Shown: piece after piece, positions 8,147 to 16,730 of the stretch
Numbering within the stretch: position 1 is the first letter of the stretch
How the letters are laid out: every line of letters starts with the position of its first letter
From: Erysipelotrichaceae bacterium
GTDB lineage: Bacteria; Bacillota_I; Bacilli_A; RFN20; CAG-826
Direction: 5' to 3'
Assembly (NCBI GenBank): GCA_034932745.1
Contig: JAYFOJ010000001.1
Coordinates: 596-64,595, forward strand
DNA: 64,000 nucleotides
Translations under genes and position numbers: made by a program
The notes under the pieces: model-generated
What the model was told of the DNA's origin: nothing
The model's input: the letters and a program-made list of their open reading frames with translations, nothing else
The model's database searches: none

Positions 8147-10295
8147 TCTTTTTCCTCATGAGTAGTACCGCGTATATCACTAACGCTATTGATAAGCCAG
8201 TATCCGCTAGTACAGCAATCCACATCATGTCGAAATTAATATGAGCAATCGCTAATCCTAAAGTAATTGCCATAATCGAAATCTTGACAAATAGCGCCAC
8301 CGCAATGCAGACAATGGCTCTTAATCTCGTCGCTTTAGCGATTTTTATTGCTTGAACAATTTTATAAGGATCATCGTTTGTTAGAACGATATTTGCATTT
8401 TCGATTGCCGCGTCACTACCTAGCGCTCCCATTGCCACTCCAACGTCGGCAAGAATAATACTTGGAGCGTCATTAACGCCGTCGCCCATAAAGACGACCG
8501 CTTTATTACCTTTACTAGTAATCTCATCTGTTAAATATCTGATTTTTTGTTCTGGAAGGAGATTGCTAAAATATCTCTTAATTCCTAACATATTCGCAAC
8601 ACGAGTCGCGCTTTTTTCATTTCCTCCAGTCAACATTAAAGTGTCGATTTTATTCTTCGCTAATGCCTCTATTGTTTTCTTAGAAGAATCTTTAATAGTG
8701 TCGTCTAGTAAAATGTAACCAGCGAAGTTGTCATCGATGGATAAATACAATGTCATACCGTCTTTTTCGTTTTGAACATGGTCTTCAATTAAACGAGAAT
8801 TACCAAACAACACTTTGTGACCTTTATATTCAAAGCTAACCCCAAAACCGAGTTTTTCTTCGTAATTAGTAATTTGTCCATCTAGTTTTACACCATCGAG
8901 ATATTTCACTATTGCCTTAGCGATTGGGTGATTAGAGTAAGATTCCGCAGCATATACATATTCTTTAAATTCGTCTAGCGTAATCTCGACTGGACAAATC
9001 TTTGAAACTGAAAACTCACCAGTAGTCAATGTTCCGGTTTTATCGGTAACAAAAGTACCAACTTCATTTAAACGATCTAAGTAGTTAGCGCCTTTAACAA
9101 TAATGCCGTGTTTAGACGCTAATCCGATTCCGGTAAAAAATGAAAGTGGAACAGAAATCACGATAGCGCACGGACACGAAATAACGAGAAATGTCAATGC
9201 AGCATAGATATATTGATACCAAACACTAGCATCCCAAGATTTAATAATAAGAGATGTTAATAAAGGTGGGAACAAAGCGATAAAAACTGCGATTCCAACC
9301 ACCACCGGGGTATAAATCCGAGCAAACTTTGTAATAAAGTTTTCGGCTTTGGATTTTTTCTCGCTACTTTCCACGACCATGTCGAGTATTTTCGCTGTCG
9401 TCGAATCATTGAATTCTTTAGTAACTTTCAATTTAATCGAACCAGATTTTAAAAGCGACCCACTCCAAACCCGAGTTTTCTCTTGAGCCTCGATAGGTAA
9501 GAATTCTCCAGTGATGCTCGAAGTGTCTAAAGTTCCATTGCCAGCGATTACTTCTCCATCGACCGGTACAATGTCTCCAACTTTAATAAGAATAATGTCT
9601 CCAACTTTTAAGTCTTGAGCCTGAATCGTTTCTAAGCGATTATCTTCTTTTATTAACGAGGCGGTTTTTGGTCTCATATCGATAGCGTCAATAATTAAAT
9701 TATGAGAACGGTTTAATGATATGTGTTCGAAAATATCTCCGATATGCGCTAGTAAAACAACGAGGACACCTTCCATATATGATCCGATTGCAAATGCTCC
9801 AACTGAAGCAATAGCCATTAAAGTAGTTTCATTAAATATTGTTTTGATATGAGCAAAATTTTTGACCACAGAAATTAGATAATCATAAGCGATTACTAGA
9901 TAGGCCAAGATATAAAGAACGAGCATCATCCACCACTGTAAAGAAAATGTTGAGATGACGACTAATTTCTCGACTAAAACAGCGAAGACTAAAAGGAAGG
10001 TGGAGAAGAAAACTCTAATCAAGAGCTCAGATATTTTTTTATCAAAAACTTTTACGCGATAATTCTGTTTACCAACTTTTTTGGATATTTTCAATTCATC
10101 GCTTTCAACTTCCTTAATCTTGTTTTTAAGTTCATCGATTGAATACTCTTTATCTTTGTAATCAAGAGTCATCGTTCTACCCGCAAAATTAATAGAGGCT
10201 TTTTCGATATTTTTATCTTTATTCAAGTGCTCTTCTACCTTGATAGCACAGTTTGGACAGTCGAATCCTTCGACGTTATATGTTGTTTTTTTCAT
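8139..10295 (-). CDS. cadA: Heavy-metal P1B-2 ATPase (Zn/Cd/Pb export)
   Basis: N-terminal HMA GFDCPNC, TGE, CPC, DKTGTLT, HP, GDGVNDAP, TM7 Lys and TM8 D-x-G. Confidence 0.93.
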   Translation of the reverse strand: MKKTTYNVEGFDCPNCAIKVEEHLNKDKNIEKASINFAGRTMTLDYKDKEYSIDELKNKIKEVESDELKISKKVGKQNYRVKVFDKKISELLIRVFFSTFLLVFAVLVEKLVVISTFSLQWWMMLVLYILAYLVIAYDYLISVVKNFAHIKTIFNETTLMAIASVGAFAIGSYMEGVLVVLLAHIGDIFEHISLNRSHNLIIDAIDMRPKTASLIKEDNRLETIQAQDLKVGDIILIKVGDIVPVDGEVIAGNGTLDTSSITGEFLPIEAQEKTRVWSGSLLKSGSIKLKVTKEFNDSTTAKILDMVVESSEKKSKAENFITKFARIYTPVVVGIAVFIALFPPLLTSLIIKSWDASVWYQYIYAALTFLVISCPCAIVISVPLSFFTGIGLASKHGIIVKGANYLDRLNEVGTFVTDKTGTLTTGEFSVSKICPVEITLDEFKEYVYAAESYSNHPIAKAIVKYLDGVKLDGQITNYEEKLGFGVSFEYKGHKVLFGNSRLIEDHVQNEKDGMTLYLSIDDNFAGYILLDDTIKDSSKKTIEALAKNKIDTLMLTGGNEKSATRVANMLGIKRYFSNLLPEQKIRYLTDEITSKGNKAVVFMGDGVNDAPSIILADVGVAMGALGSDAAIENANIVLTNDDPYKIVQAIKIAKATRLRAIVCIAVALFVKISIMAITLGLAIAHINFDMMWIAVLADTGLSIALVIYAVLLMRKKIK

Positions 10296-10303
10296 AATAT
10301 GCC

Positions 10304-10615
10304 TTATTCCTTTTCTTCTATTACGTGATCGTATGCGACTCTAATTAGTTCATGAATATGTTCGTCATCGAGACTATAAAAAACACGATTTCCATCTTTT
10401 CTAAAAGAAACTAGTTTGGCTTTTTTTAAAACTTGCAACTGGTGTGACACAAGAGATTGTGACGCTCCACTATCCTCTTCTAAGTCACTAACACATTTTT
10501 CTCCATCTAATAACGAGACGAGAATCTTTAGTCTAGTTTCATCAGCAGCAACGAAGAGAATTTGACTCATTTCAGTTATGACTTCATCATTGATATTTCG
10601 TTTTTGCATCTCCAT
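10304..10615 (-). CDS. ArsR/SmtB family metal-sensing repressor (alpha5 site, CzrA/SmtB-like)
   Basis: TRLKI..L, EKCVSDL, SQSLVSHQL, alpha5 motif DxH-x10-HxxE (DEHIHELIRVAYDHVIE). Confidence 0.93.
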   Translation of the reverse strand: MEMQKRNINDEVITEMSQILFVAADETRLKILVSLLDGEKCVSDLEEDSGASQSLVSHQLQVLKKAKLVSFRKDGNRVFYSLDDEHIHELIRVAYDHVIEEKE

Positions 10616-10620
10616 AGTTC

Positions 10621-10677
10621 ATGAACTCCTTTTCATATTTGCGGATTAAGTATATGAATTGATTTTCATATTGTCAA
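10621..10677 (-). promoter_or_regulatory. sigmaA promoter with two SmtB/CzrA-type operators
   Basis: TTGACA(10672-77)-17 bp-TATACT(10649-54); ATATGAA-N6-TTCATAT (10652-10671) within the promoter; ATGAA-N6-TTCAT (10621-10636) over the SD. Confidence 0.85.
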
Positions 10678-10747
10678 TGCTTTTTTGCTTGTTTTTTAAC
10701 TATTCTTGCATATATACTTAAATCACTTTAAAAAGGGAGGGTTATGT

Positions 10748-12148
10748 ATGATATCAAAAAAATTAGCTCTTGAGATTATAAATCTCGGGCTATCAACGGG
10801 TGCCGATTACGCTGAGATATTTTATGAAGATACAACTTCTTATTCTTTAACGATTGATAATGGCAAAGTAGAGACTTCTACTAATACCAGTAACAATGGC
10901 GTCGGAATTAGAATTCTCAAAGATCTTCAAAGCGTCTATGGCTATACGTGTGATTTAACAAAGAAAGGCTTAACGACTTTAGTAGAAACTCTATCGAAGT
11001 GTTTTGAAGGGAAAAGAATTCTTACCATCGAAGAACTAAAGGTAAAGAGATTTAAGACCATTAGTCCAATCGGTGTCGACTACGATTCAATTTCTAAAGC
11101 TCAGAAAGTTGCTTTAATAAAAGAAGGATTGAGAGAAATCGAAGGATTTGACCCTCGAATTGTAAGAACCACCGGTGTGTTCGCAGATGTCCACCGCAAC
11201 ACCGTGATTTTCAATTCACGTGGAGACATTATTAAGTCTAATAACCAATTCGGTCGTGCGATGTTTGTTATCACTGCCGCAGATAAAAATGGAATTGAAA
11301 CGACTTTTGAAGGTCCAGGTGCCCAAAAGGATATTTCATTCTTTAAGACCGGTGCAATCGATTTAAAGAAAATTGCTAGAGGTGCTGCTGAGGCATGTAT
11401 CAGAATGTTAGAAGCTAAAGAATGCCCAAGTGGCATTATGCCAGTCGTCATCGCAGGCGGAGAAGGTGGAGTTTTATTCCACGAAGCTTGCGGACACGCA
11501 TTAGAAGCTTCAAGTGTTAGCAAAAACCTTTCTTGCTTTGCTAATAAACTTGGACAACAAATCGCTTCTCCAATCGTTACAGCAGTCGATGATTCCACCA
11601 TTCCAAACGAATGGGGTTCAATCGATTTTGACGACGAGGGAATTAGAGGCGAGAAAAGAGTCTTAATTGAAAAAGGTATTCTAAAAGAATATATGGTCGA
11701 TAGTTTCAACGGACGTAGAATGAACGCTAAACCAAATGGCGCTTGTAGACGTCAAAGTTTCCGTTACGAGCCAACTTCTAGAATGAGTAATACATATATC
11801 GCTAAAGGTAAGAGCAAGCCAGAAGAAATCATCGCTAATACCAAACTCGGTTTATACGCTAAATCGTTCTCTGGTGGTAGTGTTGATCCAACGACAGGAG
11901 AATTTAACTTCGCCTGTTCAGAAGCGTACATTATTCGCGATGGTAAAATCGCAGAACCTGTTAAGGGTGCAGTCCTAATTGGTAAAGGCGAAGAAATTCT
12001 TCCAAAGATCGATATGATCGCCGATGATTTATCGCTAAGCCAAGGTATGTGTGGCGCTGCTAGTGGTAGCATCCGTACCAATATCGGACAGCCAACGCTA
12101 AGAATTAGTTCCATCACGGTCGGAGGAAGAGGAGGAGAATTGAAATAA
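10748..12148 (+). CDS. tldD: TldD family metalloprotease
   Basis: GADYAEIF, GVGIRI, FHEACGH (HExxxH), FDDEG, RRQSF, RMSNTYI, GMCG; start taken at the ATG at 10748 after SD GGGAGG. Confidence 0.93.
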   Translation: MISKKLALEIINLGLSTGADYAEIFYEDTTSYSLTIDNGKVETSTNTSNNGVGIRILKDLQSVYGYTCDLTKKGLTTLVETLSKCFEGKRILTIEELKVKRFKTISPIGVDYDSISKAQKVALIKEGLREIEGFDPRIVRTTGVFADVHRNTVIFNSRGDIIKSNNQFGRAMFVITAADKNGIETTFEGPGAQKDISFFKTGAIDLKKIARGAAEACIRMLEAKECPSGIMPVVIAGGEGGVLFHEACGHALEASSVSKNLSCFANKLGQQIASPIVTAVDDSTIPNEWGSIDFDDEGIRGEKRVLIEKGILKEYMVDSFNGRRMNAKPNGACRRQSFRYEPTSRMSNTYIAKGKSKPEEIIANTKLGLYAKSFSGGSVDPTTGEFNFACSEAYIIRDGKIAEPVKGAVLIGKGEEILPKIDMIADDLSLSQGMCGAASGSIRTNIGQPTLRISSITVGGRGGELK

Positions 12149-12149
12149 T

Positions 12150-13475
12150 ATGAATAACTACGATAGATTTTTCGCTCTTGCGAAAGAAAAAGGTATCACT
12201 GAAGCTGAATTATATATTAACAAATCTACTTCTTTAGAAATCGGTGTTTTCCACAAGGAAGTCGAATCGATGAAGGCCGATACCGACATCAGTGTCATTG
12301 CTCGTGGTGTCTTTAATGGCAAATTCGGACAAGCCACCGCTTGTGCTTTTGTTAAAGAAAAGATCCCATATCTCGTGGATTCGATTATCGAAAACGCTAA
12401 GGTAATCGAAAAAGAAGAAATCGCATCATTATTTAAAGGAAGCGAAAAGTACCACAAGGTTAATACATTCAATCCAAATTTAGCAAAGATTCCAACCGAT
12501 AAAAAGAAGGCCGATTTGTTCGAATTAGAAAAACAAATATTAGCCGCGGATAAAAGAATCACTGAAGCTGCTGATTTAAGTTATCAAGAAAGCGAAAGCG
12601 AACTTATTATGCTTAATTCACATGGCTTGAGACTCAAACAAAAGAATAATTCGTTTGCGTTTGTCGGCGTCGCTGTCGCAAAAAATGGCGATGAAGTAAA
12701 AACTAATTTTGATATCCTAGTCGACAACGATTATAGCAAAGTAAATATTCCTGAATTCGCTAAGAAAATCGTTACTGGCGCCACTGACAAATTAGGCGGC
12801 ACTCCATGTGATTCGAAAAAAATGAAAGTAGTTCTATCTCCAGATGTCGTCGCATCTTTGACGAGAATCTATATCGAATCAGCAGATGCTGAAAGTGTTC
12901 AAAAACACTCTTCTTTATTTGAAGGGAAACTTAACGCACGTGTCGCATCAAACAAAGTGACCATCGTCGAGAAACCATTAGCAAAGACTATCTACGCTAG
13001 GTGGTTTGATGATGAAGGTGTTGCTACCTACAATAAAGACATCATTAAAAAGGGAATTCTTTCGACCTATCTATACAACTTAGAAACCGCTAAAAAAGAT
13101 GGCGTTACCACTACTGGTAACGGCTACAAGGCAGGTGGAAAAATTGGATCTGGATTCGTCACACTATTTATTAAACCAGGTAAGAAAAGCCAAGACGAAT
13201 TATTCGAGGCAGTCAACGAAGGCATTTATATCACCGAATTAGAGGGGATGAATGCTGGCATAAATTCTGTAAGTGGTAACTTTTCCTTAAAAGCCGAGGG
13301 CTTTATGATACATAATGGAAAGAAGGCTGAACCAGTTGCCTTAATCACCGTTAGCGGTAACCTCTTAGAATTATTCCAAGATGTTTCTTTAGTTGGCGGA
13401 GACGCAAAGATGCAAGCTGGAGGCGTATTCGCCCCATCGCTCGTCATTAAAAAATTAGCAATCGCCGGCAAATAA
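12150..13475 (+). CDS. pmbA: PmbA/TldE family protein (non-catalytic partner)
   Basis: Directly follows tldD; FDDEGV, YLYN..TA, TTGNG, SGNFS; no HExxxH. Confidence 0.9.
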   Translation: MNNYDRFFALAKEKGITEAELYINKSTSLEIGVFHKEVESMKADTDISVIARGVFNGKFGQATACAFVKEKIPYLVDSIIENAKVIEKEEIASLFKGSEKYHKVNTFNPNLAKIPTDKKKADLFELEKQILAADKRITEAADLSYQESESELIMLNSHGLRLKQKNNSFAFVGVAVAKNGDEVKTNFDILVDNDYSKVNIPEFAKKIVTGATDKLGGTPCDSKKMKVVLSPDVVASLTRIYIESADAESVQKHSSLFEGKLNARVASNKVTIVEKPLAKTIYARWFDDEGVATYNKDIIKKGILSTYLYNLETAKKDGVTTTGNGYKAGGKIGSGFVTLFIKPGKKSQDELFEAVNEGIYITELEGMNAGINSVSGNFSLKAEGFMIHNGKKAEPVALITVSGNLLELFQDVSLVGGDAKMQAGGVFAPSLVIKKLAIAGK

Positions 13476-13502
13476 AAGTAATTCATAGAAAGGATTCAGA
13501 AC

Positions 13503-14006
13503 ATGAAAGTCTGGCTTAAGAAGAATCTCAAATGGTTTGTTCTTGGAGCGTTCGTGCTTCTGAATCTTTTTATTATCGCTGAAGCATGCGTCCCAGGAGT
13601 GGAATCTGGACAGCAAAGTAGCTGGGTTAGCGAAGCTGCTGCAGATGCAATAAATTTCTTTAAGCCAAATACTATTAATCAGACCAACTGGTCTGTGTTT
13701 GACTCCGCAACAAGAAAACTAGTTGGACATTATTCCTTGTTTTTGTTGGATGGAATCATAGGCTTTGCAACATTCAATTTATTGCTTCTTAAAAAACCTA
13801 AATACCAAATCTTCATTATCACTATTATTATCGGGGTGTTAATTGCAGTATTAACAGAAACAATTCAGTTAGTGGTTCCAGGAAGAAGTGGCACGCTTTT
13901 CGATATCGGAATAGACTCGCTTGGCTATTTAACTTCGACATTGGTGCTATTTACTATTGATAGTCTGGTACATATTTCTAAAACTAAAAAAGCATCTCTT
14001 AGTTGA
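13503..14006 (+). CDS. VanZ family membrane protein
   Basis: SGQQS, RKLVGHYSLF, ETIQLVVPGRSG..DIGIDSLG. Confidence 0.85.
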   Translation: MKVWLKKNLKWFVLGAFVLLNLFIIAEACVPGVESGQQSSWVSEAAADAINFFKPNTINQTNWSVFDSATRKLVGHYSLFLLDGIIGFATFNLLLLKKPKYQIFIITIIIGVLIAVLTETIQLVVPGRSGTLFDIGIDSLGYLTSTLVLFTIDSLVHISKTKKASLS

Positions 14007-14015
14007 GGTGCTTTT
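13988..14015. terminator. Bidirectional terminator between vanZ and degV
   Basis: AAAAGCATCTC-TTAGTT-GAGGTGCTTTT. Confidence 0.7.
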
Positions 14016-14024
14016 ATTTTTGAT

Positions 14025-14876
14025 TTATTTAGTTTTGATATAAAGAATCCCAGTTGTATTTGGGCCACAATGCGAGGCAATAATACATCCAACTTGAGTT
14101 TTTCTTATATTGGCTTTAGGGGCCATTTTTTTAATCTGTTCTTCGATATATGCTTCGCCGTCTTCATTTTGACATCCAGTAATCATAATATTGTCTAAAT
14201 CGACATGGGGAAGATCATTTTTAAACTCTTCTAACATTTCGTCCCAACCTCTAGATATCAAGCCTCTTGGCTTTTTGTGGACTATTAATTTGCCATCGAC
14301 AACTTTGAGAATTGGATGAATCTTTAAGTGCTTACCGATGAAGTAAACCGCTCCATTACATCTACCGCCCCGATATATAAAATCTAGTGTATCGACAACA
14401 AACTTAGCAGATACTAGACCAGTTATCTTGTTTAACTGTTCTTCGATTTCTTTTGCAGATTTTCCCATATCTCTAAGTTTGCATGCTTTTAAAACTAGCG
14501 TGCCAATTCCACTACTTAAGTTTTTAGAATCGACAAGAAAAATCCGATTTGGCTCGAATTCTCTAGCGGCGATTAAAGCGCTGTTATAAGTGCCTGATAA
14601 ATCTGATCCAATACCGCAATACAAAATATCGTATCCTTTGTCGTAGAACTCTTTAAATCTTTCGACAAACACCATAGGTGAGACTGAAGAAGTTTTCGGA
14701 AATACATTGTGTTTTGAAACTGATTCGATGATGTCTTTTTGAGTAATGTCAATCCCGTCTTTGTACACTTTATCGCCGATGGTAATAAGAAGAGGAATAA
14801 CCTCAATCCCTAAGTCTTTAGTTGTTTTAGAACCTAGGTCCACACAACTATCAGTAAAGATAACAACTTTGTTCAT
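14025..14876 (-). CDS. DegV family fatty-acid-binding protein (FakB-like)
   Basis: IFTDSCVDL, PKTS, LSGTYNSA, VDSKNLS, L.RGGR, IHPIL, SHCGP. Confidence 0.93.
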   Translation of the reverse strand: MNKVVIFTDSCVDLGSKTTKDLGIEVIPLLITIGDKVYKDGIDITQKDIIESVSKHNVFPKTSSVSPMVFVERFKEFYDKGYDILYCGIGSDLSGTYNSALIAAREFEPNRIFLVDSKNLSSGIGTLVLKACKLRDMGKSAKEIEEQLNKITGLVSAKFVVDTLDFIYRGGRCNGAVYFIGKHLKIHPILKVVDGKLIVHKKPRGLISRGWDEMLEEFKNDLPHVDLDNIMITGCQNEDGEAYIEEQIKKMAPKANIRKTQVGCIIASHCGPNTTGILYIKTK

Positions 14877-14937
14877 GATAATCCTCTAACTTTCTTTTCT
14901 TGCTAATATCATACCCAAATACTGGAAAAATGAACAA

Positions 14938-14969
14938 TTGCAAGATTTAATCTTAGATTATATAATCTA
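14938..14969 (+). promoter_or_regulatory. sigmaA promoter for the nuclease pair, overlapped by a 16-bp palindrome
   Basis: TTGCAA(14938-43)-17 bp-TATAAT(14961-66); TAGATTATATAATCTA at 14954-14969. Confidence 0.75.
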
Positions 14970-14985
14970 CCTAAGTAGGTTAACT

Positions 14986-16692
14986 ATGAAGAAAAAAATA
15001 TTGACACCTTTTACATTTGCAGTACTTATTGCGTTAAGTGCTTCCGCTTGTGCTCCAGTAAGACAAGATTCAAGCGATTCACAAGGGCAAGATAGTTCTT
15101 CAAGCAATAATAGTTCTGAATCGGGTGACTCCGATTCTTCGAGCACTAATAGTTCTTCTTCTGATGATCCAAGACCAATTTATGACGTAAATGCCTACGG
15201 CTCATACTACCAAGGTTGTCTATCATGGACCGACGGAGCCGACTTAAAAGCTAAGTTATACGACGCTATTCACGTTGGCTTTACTGGACAAAAATACGAT
15301 GGAATTTGGACCACCAATCAAGCCGGAGATCAAGCATTAGATAATTTGGATATGGTCGACCAAATGTATTCCGATGATAATATTTTGAAAACTAGAACTA
15401 AGGGTAGTGGCGATCAAGGTGGATGGGATAGAGAACATTGCTTCGCTAAAACTCTAATGGTCGGTGCTAATCCAGATACGAGCAAAATTGGACCTCTTAC
15501 TGATTTCCATAATTTGTTTGCATCATGGACGACCGCTAACAACTCGAGAAGTAATAAGAACTATGGAAATGTCGATACCCCAACAGGCACTGTCGGAGAC
15601 AATAAATTTACCGAATCAACATTCGAACCAAGCAATACCGCCGATAAAGGAAAAGTGTCCCGTGCAATATTCTACATGGCCACGATGTATGGCGACGCAC
15701 AATATGGACTATATGTGCGAGAGAATACATGTGGTACAGGAGACAAATGTCATGGTAATCTTTCAAATCTATTAGAGTGGAGCACTAATCCAGTTACAAG
15801 AGTCGAATATCAACATAATATTGCAGTGCTAGGTTATCAATTCAACCGCAATCCATATGTTGACTACCCTGGACTTGTCGACTATGTGTTTGGCAGCAAA
15901 CAAAATGAAGCTGGTGAACTCAAATATATTGAACCGACGATTTCAAAGTTAAATTTATCTTCTAATGAATTACATAATTACGCAGTAAAAGACGCCACTT
16001 ATCAGTTTACCGCTGGAGTGACCGCTTTTAGTAAAACTGACTCTGTCCACGTAGTCGGAGTAAAAAATAATTTTGAAATAGATACCGCTGCTGTTTCTTA
16101 TACCGTTAGCGGAGCTACAGATGGACAAGTTTTTACTACTGCCGGAACACAAGTCATTACCGTTAATGCTCCAGGACAAACTATTACTTATCCTGTGACT
16201 ATTATCGAAGATCCTGTTAGCCAAATGTCTTGGAAACACAAGTTTACTTCAAGTGATTTTTCAAAAGACACTACATTAATCGGTAAAGTCAATAATACTA
16301 CCCTCGATGGACAAACTTGGACCGAACAACGAGGCAATAGTGCCGCTAATACAGTAACAAACAGTGCATCTAAAGGACTCCAATTAGGTTCTTCGACAAA
16401 AAGTATCGTTTCTTTAAAGCTTTCTAGTCCGTCACCATTCACAAATAGTGGTCTAACTTCGATTAAGAAGATTGCTTTTGAAGGCTCCACTGCAGCCGGT
16501 ACCAATGCAACACTAGTAGTTAAAGTAGACGGGGTCCAAGTTGGTACTTCACAAACCATCACCGAAAATACATCGAGTTTTAATACATATATGATTGAAT
16601 TATCCGAAGGATTATCTGGTCAAATTACTATTGAAGTCACAGGCCTTTCAAAGGCACTTTGGATTTATCGTATAGGCGTCACAGTAGAATAG
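14986..16692 (+). CDS. Endonuclease I (EndA/Bsn-like, His-Me finger) lipoprotein with a Ser-rich linker and C-terminal beta domains
   Basis: Start MKKKIL at 14986; lipobox-like ASAC; WDREH, DFHNL, NNSRSNKNYG, FEP, KGKVSRAIFYMATMY, LLEW, NRNPYVDYP. Confidence 0.88.
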   Translation: MKKKILTPFTFAVLIALSASACAPVRQDSSDSQGQDSSSSNNSSESGDSDSSSTNSSSSDDPRPIYDVNAYGSYYQGCLSWTDGADLKAKLYDAIHVGFTGQKYDGIWTTNQAGDQALDNLDMVDQMYSDDNILKTRTKGSGDQGGWDREHCFAKTLMVGANPDTSKIGPLTDFHNLFASWTTANNSRSNKNYGNVDTPTGTVGDNKFTESTFEPSNTADKGKVSRAIFYMATMYGDAQYGLYVRENTCGTGDKCHGNLSNLLEWSTNPVTRVEYQHNIAVLGYQFNRNPYVDYPGLVDYVFGSKQNEAGELKYIEPTISKLNLSSNELHNYAVKDATYQFTAGVTAFSKTDSVHVVGVKNNFEIDTAAVSYTVSGATDGQVFTTAGTQVITVNAPGQTITYPVTIIEDPVSQMSWKHKFTSSDFSKDTTLIGKVNNTTLDGQTWTEQRGNSAANTVTNSASKGLQLGSSTKSIVSLKLSSPSPFTNSGLTSIKKIAFEGSTAAGTNATLVVKVDGVQVGTSQTITENTSSFNTYMIELSEGLSGQITIEVTGLSKALWIYRIGVTVE

Positions 16693-16730
16693 TATTTACG
16701 AAAATTCGTAAAATTAAAGTAGGTATACTT

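Noticed and set aside
11101-11709. 202-aa antisense ORF inside tldD (also 11764-12117 and 12158-12562)
   Set aside because: Mirror-frame shadow of a conserved gene; Ser/Pro/Ile-rich with no SD or recognisable motif.
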